Virus record (IMG/VR): IMGVR_UViG_3300044819_000016
Span: 1-64,000 of that record
Reading direction: 5' to 3' (one strand)
DNA length: 64,000 nucleotides
Source: a virus
In this document: positions 54,597 to 63,498 of the stretch, piece by piece
Layout: the number at the start of each line of letters is the position of its first letter
Position numbering within the stretch: position 1 is the first letter of the stretch
Position numbers and translations under genes: made by a program
Notes under the pieces: generated by a model
Told to the model about the DNA's origin: nothing
What the model saw: only the letters and a program-made list of their open reading frames with translations
Database searches by the model: none

Positions 54597-55253
54597 ATGA
54601 ACGAATCGAAGCCAGAGCATCCGACGGGTGACACGGTGGCCACGGACCTGAATGTCGAGATCGATGCCATGCGCAAGGTCTACATGGCGGTACTCGCCGT
54701 GCCGCCCGAGCGCCGCGCCGAGGTCTTGGCGTGGGTCAGCAAGCGCCTCGAACCCCAGCGCGCGAAGCAGTTCGTCCGCGACCCGCAGGCCGCTCAGGCG
54801 AACCCGGTGATCCTGCACGTCGGCGACCCGACTCCGCATGAGGTGGCATTCACGAACGACCCGAGGAAGTACGCGCATCTCATGGATCCCCAGGACGTCC
54901 AGTCGGCGACGGAGAAGATTCAGCAGCTGCGCCCCAGCCTCGGCCTAGTGAACCCTGGTGGCGGCCTCACCATCGCAATAGGAGGCGGCGGCACGTCGGG
55001 AGCCGGCGAACCGACCGCGACCATCAAAGACATCCGTGGCCACCACTCGCCATACGCCGAACTGGGGACTTTGCGACAGGTGATCACCGAGGTGGTACGT
55101 CACAAGTTCGGAGGTGTCACACCTGCCCCCGTGGCGATGGTGGAGTTCATCCGGGAGCTTCGAGATGGACCGAACGGCCCGACGAGGGGATTTCTGAACG
55201 TGATCCCGGACGACACGCTGGAGGAGCGGATCACCCAGCTCCTGGAGGGCTAA
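54597..55253 (+). CDS. Hypothetical protein
   Basis: RBS AAGGAGG. Confidence 0.75.
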   Translation: MNESKPEHPTGDTVATDLNVEIDAMRKVYMAVLAVPPERRAEVLAWVSKRLEPQRAKQFVRDPQAAQANPVILHVGDPTPHEVAFTNDPRKYAHLMDPQDVQSATEKIQQLRPSLGLVNPGGGLTIAIGGGGTSGAGEPTATIKDIRGHHSPYAELGTLRQVITEVVRHKFGGVTPAPVAMVEFIRELRDGPNGPTRGFLNVIPDDTLEERITQLLEG

Positions 55254-55290
55254 CTTAGACCCTGTCACCCCACCCCGAACGGAGACCAGA

Positions 55291-55746
55291 ATGGCCCCAC
55301 CGACCAAGCCCCTTCCGGAAGTCATCGACGAGAAGACGATTCGCCTCGCCATCTCGATCAACGCCGATGCGATTCAGCAGGAGTACATCGAGCTTCCATC
55401 GACTCGCTACAAGTTCACCCGCCGGCACATTGCCTCCGCCAAGGCTCATCGGCTCGCCGAGTTGGAGGACGAGATCGAGGAGCAGAAGATTCGAGCCGAT
55501 CTGAAGCGCATCGCCGACGAAGCCAACCCGCCGAAGAAGCTGACGGTCGCCGACATGGAGCAGATCGTGATCCTCGATCCCCGCTACCGCCAGTCGAAGG
55601 AACGTGTCATCAACGCCCGCGAGGCGATGGACCAGGCCGCCGCCATCGTCGCGAGCATCTCTGATAAAAAGGAGATGCTCGTCTCCCTGGGCGCCGACCT
55701 GCGCACCGAAAAAGAAGCCGACCCAAGCATCCGCACCCGCCGCTGA
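55291..55746 (+). CDS. UvsY-like recombination mediator (helical)
   Basis: All-helical 151 aa with K.T......V..DP.Y......KKEML.SLGA..R.E; lies near the SSB and RecA genes. Confidence 0.6.
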   Translation: MAPPTKPLPEVIDEKTIRLAISINADAIQQEYIELPSTRYKFTRRHIASAKAHRLAELEDEIEEQKIRADLKRIADEANPPKKLTVADMEQIVILDPRYRQSKERVINAREAMDQAAAIVASISDKKEMLVSLGADLRTEKEADPSIRTRR

Positions 55747-55769
55747 CACCAATAAAGGACCCATCCACA

Positions 55770-56132
55770 ATGGCACTCAAGGACATGGAAACCCTGCATC
55801 AGCTGTACCGCGATCTCCAGGTCGCAAAGCAACTCGGCTACAAGCGTCTCGCCGCTGCTCTCGCCACGACGCTTCTCACCTTGGCTCATGGGCTCATCGG
55901 CGAGTGCATGGGCGCCGAGTTGATCGCGAAGGCGGCGAGCGCGGCGAAGGAGGACATGCCGCCCGACGAGGTCAGGCTTCTGTTGCTGATCGTCACCGCC
56001 CCGAATGAATCGTTCGAGACCGTGACGAAGGTTCTCCAGAGGGATCTGGATGCCAAACTCGCCAAGGAGCGCGAGGCGTCCCAGGAGCCGGCCCAGACGA
56101 CGACGGAGGAGCGCGAAACGACGGCGGGCTAA
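55770..56132 (+). CDS. Hypothetical protein
   Basis: RBS AAGGA. Confidence 0.7.
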   Translation: MALKDMETLHQLYRDLQVAKQLGYKRLAAALATTLLTLAHGLIGECMGAELIAKAASAAKEDMPPDEVRLLLLIVTAPNESFETVTKVLQRDLDAKLAKEREASQEPAQTTTEERETTAG

Positions 56133-56180
56133 CTTCCATCCCAACCACCAACCAACCCAAACCCAAAGGAACAAACGCAC

Positions 56181-57233
56181 ATGGCAACAACGACCGACAC
56201 TTTCGTGGAAACCGAGTGGGAGCGATCTTCGCCCGAGGAGATGCGCGAAGACTTCGACGCGTACAAGCGTGACGAAGCCGAGCGCAAGGCACGCGGCGCC
56301 GTGGTCAAACCCGAGGTGGGCAAGACCGTTTGGCGCATCATGCCCAAGATCAAGGGGAAGCGCCTGACGAAGCGGACCTGGACGCACAACGTGAACAACA
56401 AGGTCCTCGCGCAGGCGATGGACCTACTTGCTGGGCTCCCGGACGAGCCGCGTCTGAAGGCAGCCGCCGCGCTCGGGATCATGGACATCCCGGCCCCCAC
56501 GTTCTCCGATGGGTTCTCCGCGACCGTCTGTGCCTCCAAGGTGGAGGACAAGCCGTGCTTCTACTGCACGCTGAACAGCATCCTTCGCGGCATCGGCAAC
56601 GCAGCGCCGGCCCTGGCCGAGACGACCAAGTACCTATCTGGCGAGATCAGTTCGAGCCAGGAGTATTTCGTGGGCGCCGTGAACCTCAGCGACAAGGCCG
56701 AGATGGCGCGTGGACCGCGGATCTTGAAGCTGACAAAGGGGCAGTTCGAGGACCTCGATCGGATCTACTGGGACAAGGAGGCCGGCGGCGACTTCTCCGA
56801 TCCAGACAAGGGGTTCAACCTGATCATCGATCGCATCGAGGACCCGAACACGACGATGGAGATCAACGGTAAGTCGATGCCCAAGACGACCTACAAGATG
56901 TCGGCGGCGCGGACCTCGACCCCGATCCCGAACAGGGACTGGCTGAAGCACCTTCACGATCTCGACACCGCACGCCCCGTGCTGGACGTCGGCGAGGTGC
57001 GAAGGCTCATCGAGGGCACGCCGAAGGGCCCCCAGGCGCCCGCAGCGCCGCAGGGACGTCAACTCACCTCCGTTCCCCCGCCGGCAGCCGTTGCTCCCGC
57101 TGGCGTCGCTCCTGGTGACGCTGGCGAAGACGATGGCGATCCCGACGAGGTCCTCCAGAATCCGAAGGACAGTTCGGACTTCGACAGCCGAGCGAACTTC
57201 AAGAAGCGCGGGATCCGCGGCATCCCAATCTGA
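56181..57233 (+). CDS. Single-stranded DNA-binding protein (gp32-like)
   Basis: G....RIMP, H...C...C..C Zn site, DFSDPDKG.N..I.R and an acidic tail. Confidence 0.7.
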   Translation: MATTTDTFVETEWERSSPEEMREDFDAYKRDEAERKARGAVVKPEVGKTVWRIMPKIKGKRLTKRTWTHNVNNKVLAQAMDLLAGLPDEPRLKAAAALGIMDIPAPTFSDGFSATVCASKVEDKPCFYCTLNSILRGIGNAAPALAETTKYLSGEISSSQEYFVGAVNLSDKAEMARGPRILKLTKGQFEDLDRIYWDKEAGGDFSDPDKGFNLIIDRIEDPNTTMEINGKSMPKTTYKMSAARTSTPIPNRDWLKHLHDLDTARPVLDVGEVRRLIEGTPKGPQAPAAPQGRQLTSVPPPAAVAPAGVAPGDAGEDDGDPDEVLQNPKDSSDFDSRANFKKRGIRGIPI

Positions 57234-57243
57234 TTCACCGATG

Positions 57244-57280
57244 GGGGAACGCCTGGTACTGGGGAGTCCAGGCGTTCCCC
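57244..57280 (+). terminator. 13-bp perfect-stem hairpin between the SSB and recA genes
   Basis: GGGGAACGCCTGG...CCAGGCGTTCCCC-TAATTT. Confidence 0.65.
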
Positions 57281-57301
57281 TAATTTGTCAGGAGGAATCA
57301 G

Positions 57302-58303
57302 ATGGCTCGACCGAAGAAGATCAAGACCGAGAAGGAACCGAAGGCGAAGGCGACCGAGAAGACGTTCGCCGAGCGCGCCGCCGAGATGCTCCGCGCCGAG
57401 TTCGGAGAGGAGTCAGCGGATACCCTGGCGGACGGCGGCTACTCCAAGGTCCACGCCGTGCTGCCAACCGGCCTCGAAGTCCTGGACCGCTGGGTCATCG
57501 GGATCGGTGGCCTGCCCTACGGAAGGATCATCGAGATCAGCGGCCCCGAGGACGTTGGGAAGTCGAGCCTGATTAATGCTCTGATGGCCGCTGCACAGCG
57601 CGATGGCGCGGTGGCTTGCTTGGGGGATGCTGAGCGCAAGGTGCAGCCAGAATGGGTCGATACGTTCGGCGTGAACCGCAAGGAGATCATCCTCCTGCCG
57701 GCGGAGACGGTGGAACAGTTCCTCAGCCAAATCCGCATGATGCTTCGGAAGTACGGCAAGACAAAGAAGATGGTTTTCATCCTCGACTCGGTGGCTACCT
57801 GCATGCCGAAGAAGGCACTTGAGTCCGACCTGAACGAGGCGGAGATCCCTGGTGCGATGGGAGCCGCCTGGAGCCGTGGTCTCCGGGCCCTGCACAAAGC
57901 CCTCTCATCGAGCAATTCGATGCTTGTCTTAACGAACCAGCAGAGATCAAAGATCGGGGTCCTTTTCGGTCCAACCGAGGACACTCCAGGAGGCCGCGCG
58001 ATCAAGCACTATGCCTCGTTGCGGCTTGGAATGTTTCATGGAAAATCGGTCAAGGATGGTGACCGCCACGTAGCGAAGTGGGCGAACGTTCGCGTGCTGA
58101 AGAACCACCTCGGGCCCGGGGCGAACCACCGCAAGGCGGCCATCCTCCTCGATTTCAAAGCTGGATGGGACGACGGCAAATCGACGCTCTATCACGCGCG
58201 CGAGGTCGGCTGCGCGGACGCGAACACGCGGTCTGTCGAGGAGGCGAGGAAGAACCTCGGGTGGTCAGTCGTCGAGGACGCCGGTCTCCCCGGGGCGGCC
58301 TGA
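57302..58303 (+). CDS. recA: RecA/UvsX recombinase
   Basis: PTG...LD....GGLP.GRIIEI.GPE..GKS, ILDSVA, NQ.R.KIG..FG..E.TPGGRA.K.YAS.R. Confidence 0.95.
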   Translation: MARPKKIKTEKEPKAKATEKTFAERAAEMLRAEFGEESADTLADGGYSKVHAVLPTGLEVLDRWVIGIGGLPYGRIIEISGPEDVGKSSLINALMAAAQRDGAVACLGDAERKVQPEWVDTFGVNRKEIILLPAETVEQFLSQIRMMLRKYGKTKKMVFILDSVATCMPKKALESDLNEAEIPGAMGAAWSRGLRALHKALSSSNSMLVLTNQQRSKIGVLFGPTEDTPGGRAIKHYASLRLGMFHGKSVKDGDRHVAKWANVRVLKNHLGPGANHRKAAILLDFKAGWDDGKSTLYHAREVGCADANTRSVEEARKNLGWSVVEDAGLPGAA

Positions 58304-58568
58304 GCCGTCGGCGTCCTGGGCCTGCACCAAACTCCAGCCGGTTCGCGTCTGCAAGAAGAAATGATCGCCCCAGCGAACGATCGTGAGCCGGTCTGGATTG
58401 TAGGTCCCGTCCACTGATTCGCGGCTGAGTGGCGGCGCGGTGTTTTCCATGGGCGCCCGTCACTGCGAACGCCGTGCCAGCTGGAATAGCGTAGATCCGC
58501 CTACATCGCGTTACGCAATGCACCCGATGTCCGAGGGATGGATCGGCGAGCGGGCCAACTTCGAAACT

Positions 58569-58847
58569 ATGGGCAAGGAGAAACAAGTGGCCAAGCAACC
58601 ATCCAAGATGCCGAATCCGTGCGACCAGTGCGGCGGCGAAGAGTGGCACGCCCCGGGGTCCAGGATCTGTAAACAGAACCGGGCCCGCAACGAGCAAGAC
58701 CGAACGGCCATCGAGGCGACGGTTCGCGAACAATCGCGGTGCATCGCCTGGATCCAGGAGTACCGGCGCCGCTCCTTGAATGCCTTCGATCCTGAGTTCC
58801 TGATCCTCGACATCGAGAGCGGACTGAACGCCGAGGACGAAGTATGA
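58569..58847 (+). CDS. Hypothetical protein
   Basis: C..C...H...C; ATGA-coupled to sbcD; start uncertain. Confidence 0.55.
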   Translation: MGKEKQVAKQPSKMPNPCDQCGGEEWHAPGSRICKQNRARNEQDRTAIEATVREQSRCIAWIQEYRRRSLNAFDPEFLILDIESGLNAEDEV

Positions 58848-59986
58848 CCACCACGGCGAAGTCCAAGAAACCGAAGTACGATGTTGCCATCGTCGCCGAC
58901 GTTCACCTCGGGAACCACCGAGGATGGGGTGGCCCCGTGGGTACCGATGGGCTGAACCAAGCCGCGAGGCTCGGGATCGAGAGCCTGGTGGAAGCCATCG
59001 AGATCGCGAAGTCTGCCGGCTGCTCCGTCCTGATCGTGGCTGGTGATCTGTTCCAGACAGCGCGCCCCGAGCCGGCTCTCATCGCCGCCGTCCAGCACGC
59101 GATCACGGCAGGCGAGCTTCCCGTGGCCCTGATCCCTGGGAACCACGACATGCCTGACGCCACCGCCGAGAACGGCAACACGGCGCTTGCCCCGCTTTGG
59201 GACTGCGCCCAGATCGTTGGCAGTCCGGAGCGCATGGTGCTGAACACGTTCGCCATCGTCGCGGTACCGTTCGACGCCCGCGCCCCGATGCGCAATGTCC
59301 TGGACGAGTGCCCGCTCCTGGAGAAGCCAAACGCCGACGAGAGCCGGCGGACCATCCTTGTCACGCACGTTGGGGTCTACGATGACTTGGACGCCAAGTT
59401 GTCGCCCTGGGTTCGCCTGGCCAAGGACGGAATCTCGGACACGGAGATGTTCGCGATCATGAAGCGCGCCGGCATCCGCCTGGCGTTCGTGGGGAACTTC
59501 CACGAGCATCGGCAGTGGACGGACCCGGACGGCCGCACCATCATCCAGTGCGGCACGCTGGCGCCGCACAGCTTCTCGGACGCCGGGACTCACCAGCGCG
59601 GGCTCGTCATCCTGACGGACGGCGAGATGTTCAAGACGAGTGAGGCGCGCGGCGTCCGGTTCGTGAACCTTCGGGGAAATGACCCGAACCACCTCGCCAG
59701 CCTCACCCAGGGGATCAGCAAGGGCAATCGCTACGTGGTTCGGCAGACGGGCGGCGCGCGCTGGGAGGAGTCGGAGATCAAGGAGCTTCTGGCCTACGAG
59801 TGGGTCCCCCAGAAGGCGCCGACCGAGAAGGCCAGCGGGGGCCCGGCGCCGACGTCCGCCCCCGATCCGATGGCCGCGCTGACGGCGCACCTCGCTGCCG
59901 CCCCGATGCCGCCTGGACTGGACTCGACCGTGGCGCGCGCCAGCGTGCTCGCGCTGGTCAAAGACTTTTGGAAACGCTCCGCCTGA
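58844..59986 (+). CDS. sbcD: SbcD/Mre11-like metallophosphoesterase nuclease
   Basis: ADVHLG, AGDLF, GNHD, VTH and GNFH motifs. Confidence 0.9.
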   Translation: MTTTAKSKKPKYDVAIVADVHLGNHRGWGGPVGTDGLNQAARLGIESLVEAIEIAKSAGCSVLIVAGDLFQTARPEPALIAAVQHAITAGELPVALIPGNHDMPDATAENGNTALAPLWDCAQIVGSPERMVLNTFAIVAVPFDARAPMRNVLDECPLLEKPNADESRRTILVTHVGVYDDLDAKLSPWVRLAKDGISDTEMFAIMKRAGIRLAFVGNFHEHRQWTDPDGRTIIQCGTLAPHSFSDAGTHQRGLVILTDGEMFKTSEARGVRFVNLRGNDPNHLASLTQGISKGNRYVVRQTGGARWEESEIKELLAYEWVPQKAPTEKASGGPAPTSAPDPMAALTAHLAAAPMPPGLDSTVARASVLALVKDFWKRSA

Positions 59987-60000
59987 AAGGACCACCACCC

Positions 60001-60201
60001 ATGCAAACCCAAGACGTTGAGATCGAAGCCGAGACGGTTGTCGTCAAGATCGAGGTCGAGTCCGTCCTCGTGACCCTCTGGCAGTCGACGGTGACGGTCG
60101 ATGGCTCCGTCCGCTACACGGCGGCATTCGAGAACAGCCCAGCTGCCGCGTTCATCAAGGCCCTCGACTTCGCGCGCGGCGCGAACCTGGTGAGCCAGTG
60201 A
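60001..60201 (+). CDS. Hypothetical protein
   Basis: RBS AAAGGA. Confidence 0.6.
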   Translation: MQTQDVEIEAETVVVKIEVESVLVTLWQSTVTVDGSVRYTAAFENSPAAAFIKALDFARGANLVSQ

Positions 60202-60440
60202 GCAGCGCTGAGAAGGCATGCCTGGAGTTCTATGTCGCCAGCCGGGAGCTTCTCCTGATCGAAGGCGCATGGGCGACCAGGGATCGGGACGTCAACATCG
60301 GGCGTTCACTGAACGAAGCCACCCAGTACCAGGCCGACAAGGAGAAGGCGACCTTGAGGGTCAAGAATGCCGAGTTCGAGATCAAGAACATCGGCGCGTT
60401 TCTCTACGAGAAGGGGCGCCCGAGCGCGGTGCCGCGATGA
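60198..60440 (+). CDS. Hypothetical protein
   Basis: GTGA/ATGA coupling. Confidence 0.65.
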   Translation: MSSAEKACLEFYVASRELLLIEGAWATRDRDVNIGRSLNEATQYQADKEKATLRVKNAEFEIKNIGAFLYEKGRPSAVPR

Positions 60441-62101
60441 TCGTCCGCCGGATCCTCCTGACCGACTTCTTGCGCTACAAGGATGCGACCATCGACCTGC
60501 CCGAGGTCGGGCTCGTGGCGTTCTGTGGCCTGAACGGTAGCGGAAAGAGCAGCTGTCTGGAGGCTATCGCTTGGACGCTCTGGGGTCGCTCCCTCCGCGG
60601 CGCCGACGACCCGGGCCCCGCCGGCTCCGCGACCGCCATGCTTGACGACGGGTTCCATATCGAGCGCCAACGCTCCGGCCGCACGACCAAGGGCCTGACC
60701 CTGTCCACCGCCGCCGAGTCCCTGTCCGGCCAGACCGTGACCCAGACCCAGGTCAAGATCGTGGAGCGCTGGGGGACCTTCGAGCGGTTCGCGGCAACCA
60801 GGGTGTTCGGCCGTGACCTCCTGTCCAGGTTCGGCACGGCGACCAACAGGGAGCGTCAACAGCTCCTGGAGTCCATCCTCGGGTTCGAGCAGTTCTCCCG
60901 GGCAGAGAAGCTGGCCCGGGTCGAGCTTTCGACGCGGCGCTCGGCCCAGGACGGGGCGGACTCGGCCCTCCGGTACGCCGAGAAGGTGCTCCAGGACGCG
61001 CAGGAGCGCGCCCAGGGCTCGGGACCGCCCCCGAACCTCCTGGTGCTCCAGGACGAGATAGACGCGGCCCTACGCGCACGCCAAGCAGCGGAGGAGGCCA
61101 TCGCGAAGGCGCGCGCCGCCCGCGACCGCTCCGCGTCCCTTCTCGACCGCCAGCGCCGGGCCCGGTATGACGCTGGTCACGAAGCCGACCAGGCCAAGGC
61201 CGAGACGATGGTGGCGGCCGGCAAGATCCAGGCGGCCCGCAAACTGCTGGAGTGCCCGGTGTGCCTCCGGGGCGCGTCCGAGGAGGACAGGGGCGTCATC
61301 GTCGCCCACCACCAGGCGACCCTCAACGCCGCCGCCAAGCGCAAGGCGGACGCCATGAACCTCATCGAGGCGCTCGATGCCGACATGGAGGACCTCGGCG
61401 CCCAGGTCGCGATCCACGACAAGGTGATCCGAGCCGCCGACCAAGATCGGAGCGTCGCGTCCATCGCCTACGAGCAAGCCAAGGCAGACCTCAGGGTGGC
61501 CCAAGCCGCCAATGCCCAGGCCATGCGCGCCGCCGACGAGATCGACAAGGCGCAATCCTTGGTCACAGAGACCACCCAGATCGCCACCACGGCACGGGCA
61601 GTCGTCCAGCAGGCCCAGGCAGCCGTCGAGGCCCTTGGGCCCCGTGGCGCGCGTCTCAGGCTGTTCAGCGACGCCCTGCAACGCCTGGAAGCCGAGACCA
61701 ACGCCGTGCTCGACCGCCTAGGAATGGGCCTCGCCGTCGAAATCTCGGCCCGCAAGACCCAGGCCAGCGGCAAGGAAGTGGACGAGGTCTCGATCACGCT
61801 CAAGGGCGCAGGTGCCGGCGAGTACCTCGGGGCGTCGGGCGGAGAGCGCACCCGCGTGGACGTCGCCATGATCCTGGCCCTCGGGCGCCTCTCGGGTGAC
61901 GGCGGCCTCCTGGCGTTCGACGAGGTGTTCGATCCCCTCGACGACGACGGCATCGAGCGCGTCTCTCAGTTGCTGGAGGAGCTTGCCGAGAAGCGCCAGG
62001 TCCTGGTGACGAGCCACAATCCCAGGCTCCTGGCGTCCATCCCAGCCAGTCAGATTCGCCGTGTCTCCCGGAACCCGGAAGGCGGATCGCAAATCACGTA
62101 G
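60437..62101 (+). CDS. sbcC: SbcC/Rad50-like ABC ATPase
   Basis: GLNGSGKSS, coiled coils with CPVC zinc hook, SGGE signature, FDEVFD and SH motif. Confidence 0.9.
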   Translation: MIVRRILLTDFLRYKDATIDLPEVGLVAFCGLNGSGKSSCLEAIAWTLWGRSLRGADDPGPAGSATAMLDDGFHIERQRSGRTTKGLTLSTAAESLSGQTVTQTQVKIVERWGTFERFAATRVFGRDLLSRFGTATNRERQQLLESILGFEQFSRAEKLARVELSTRRSAQDGADSALRYAEKVLQDAQERAQGSGPPPNLLVLQDEIDAALRARQAAEEAIAKARAARDRSASLLDRQRRARYDAGHEADQAKAETMVAAGKIQAARKLLECPVCLRGASEEDRGVIVAHHQATLNAAAKRKADAMNLIEALDADMEDLGAQVAIHDKVIRAADQDRSVASIAYEQAKADLRVAQAANAQAMRAADEIDKAQSLVTETTQIATTARAVVQQAQAAVEALGPRGARLRLFSDALQRLEAETNAVLDRLGMGLAVEISARKTQASGKEVDEVSITLKGAGAGEYLGASGGERTRVDVAMILALGRLSGDGGLLAFDEVFDPLDDDGIERVSQLLEELAEKRQVLVTSHNPRLLASIPASQIRRVSRNPEGGSQIT

Positions 62102-62115
62102 CCCCGGCTCCCCTC

Positions 62116-62420
62116 GAATTCGAAAGAGGGTCTTCGAATTTTTCATGAGCACCTGAAATTCGAAAGAGGGTCTTCGGTTTTTCCAGGGACTCCCGGAATT
62201 CAAAAGAGGGTCTTCGATTTTTCTGTGAGCACCCGATAGCCCCGCCCGGGGCTTTTTGAATCCCCCCTCCCGGATTCCTAAAGAGGGTCTTCGAATTTTC
62301 CGCACCCGCCAGCCAGCTGCCGCGGAAGGATCCCGCGCGCGCTGCGCTTCCGGGAATCAAAAGAGGGTCTCGGAATTTTCCGACACTCCCGGATTTCTAA
62401 AGAGGGTCTTGGATTTTTTC
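62116..62420 (+). repeat. Six iteron-like direct repeats at ~40-bp phase
   Basis: AAAGAGGGTCT core (consensus continuing TCGAATTTTYC) at 62123, 62163, 62203, 62280, 62360 and 62399. Confidence 0.9.
62238..62257 (+). terminator. Rho-independent terminator inside the repeat array
   Basis: AGCCCC-GCCC-GGGGCT-TTTT. Confidence 0.7.
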
Positions 62421-62480
62421 GTGAGCACGGGCCAGCCAGCCCCCGCGCGGAGCCGGTGCACAGTCCGGATTCCGGAAAAA

Positions 62481-62581
62481 AGCACGGAGCACGGAGCACG
62501 GAGCACGGAGCACGGAGCACGGAGCACGGAGCACGGAGCACGGAGCACGGAGCACGGAGCACGGAGCACGGAGCACGGAGC
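62481..62581 (+). repeat. Perfect heptamer array (AGCACGG)x14
   Basis: 14 full copies plus AGC. Confidence 0.98.
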
Positions 62582-62641
62582 GATCGCGCATGGGACTCAA
62601 ACCTCCGAAAGAAAAAGATCGGGGAGCTTGAAAATAATTCA

Positions 62642-62670
62642 TTGACGAAGTTTCTTAGTTACGGTATTCC
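62642..62670 (+). promoter_or_regulatory. Sigma70-type early promoter with conserved spacer box
   Basis: TTGACG-N17-TATTCC; AT-rich upstream; spacer AAGTTTCTTAGTTACGG. Confidence 0.7.
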
Positions 62671-62679
62671 TATTTCACC

Positions 62680-62865
62680 ATGACGAATCAAACGAACAAC
62701 GGAATCCACGCAAACGAAGCAATCGAGACGGCGCGTCTGGCGCTGGACCGCGCTCTTAACCGCGCGCTCGATGCACAAACGGACTATCTCGCGAATGCCG
62801 AATGGCACACGCAATCGGCTCTCGGGTGGTTCGACTTCGCGGCAGACATGCTCGCCTGCACCTAA
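62680..62865 (+). CDS. Small early protein
   Basis: Directly after the promoter. Confidence 0.55.
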   Translation: MTNQTNNGIHANEAIETARLALDRALNRALDAQTDYLANAEWHTQSALGWFDFAADMLACT

Positions 62866-62891
62866 CCCACAAACTCGAAAGGACACGCACT

Positions 62892-63317
62892 ATGATCAAT
62901 GCATCACCTGTCAGACTCGGCAATGGTACTTGGGGGGCCCGCGTGGCGGACCCTGTCAACGTTGGCGATCCTGTCCTGATCCGAACCTCTACCGGGAAAC
63001 GCTGGACTGCTTTCGTGACTCGTCTCGTATGGTCGAGCGGGACAGGCTCGATCGTCGAAACCTCGAAGGAACGGCCATCTGTCGCACCCGTCGAGTCATT
63101 CACTGCCGAGTTGGCGCGCGGCATGCGCGAAGGGTCGGAGGCAACGCGCGCCGAACGTGCGCCCGTCAGATTCGCGCCGCGCGTCCAGGTTCCCGCGCAA
63201 GCCCCGATCGAGGTCTCCGAGGTTCCGGCCGTCAAGGTCGAGATCCCGGAGATGCCGGCATGGTTGACGGAGGAGATCCCGGCCGATCCCGACGAATTGA
63301 TTCCCGTCGACGAATAG
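62892..63317 (+). CDS. Hypothetical early protein
   Basis: RBS AAAGGA; G.WG.RV.....GD.V...T..GK beta domain and acidic tail. Confidence 0.75.
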   Translation: MINASPVRLGNGTWGARVADPVNVGDPVLIRTSTGKRWTAFVTRLVWSSGTGSIVETSKERPSVAPVESFTAELARGMREGSEATRAERAPVRFAPRVQVPAQAPIEVSEVPAVKVEIPEMPAWLTEEIPADPDELIPVDE

Positions 63318-63323
63318 ACGTTC

Positions 63324-63366
63324 GCCAGCTTGATCCACGAAGCGGTACTTCGTGGATCAAGCTGGC
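63324..63366. repeat. Perfect 19-bp inverted repeat with a 5-nt loop
   Basis: GCCAGCTTGATCCACGAAG-CGGTA-CTTCGTGGATCAAGCTGGC. Confidence 0.95.
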
Positions 63367-63429
63367 TAGGGTCTCCGGTCTGACGTCGATGTTTACGAGA
63401 CCCAGTAGACGATTCTCAAGAATAGTTTG

Positions 63430-63457
63430 TTGACACTTTTATTACTTACGATATCTT
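63430..63457 (+). promoter_or_regulatory. Sigma70-type early promoter
   Basis: TTGACA-N16-TATCTT; spacer CTTTTATTACTTACGA. Confidence 0.7.
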
Positions 63458-63498
63458 GGTCTCTCCGGTTCACACACTCTTTCGAAAGGCAAACCAAC

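Noticed and set aside
62116-62420. Repeat array as a mini-CRISPR
   Set aside because: Repeats are degenerate, and the unique intervals are about 12 nt or irregular and partly similar to each other.
62256-62683. ORFs reading STEHGAR/APCSVLR repeats
   Set aside because: Translations of the heptamer array; no RBS and the region looks regulatory.
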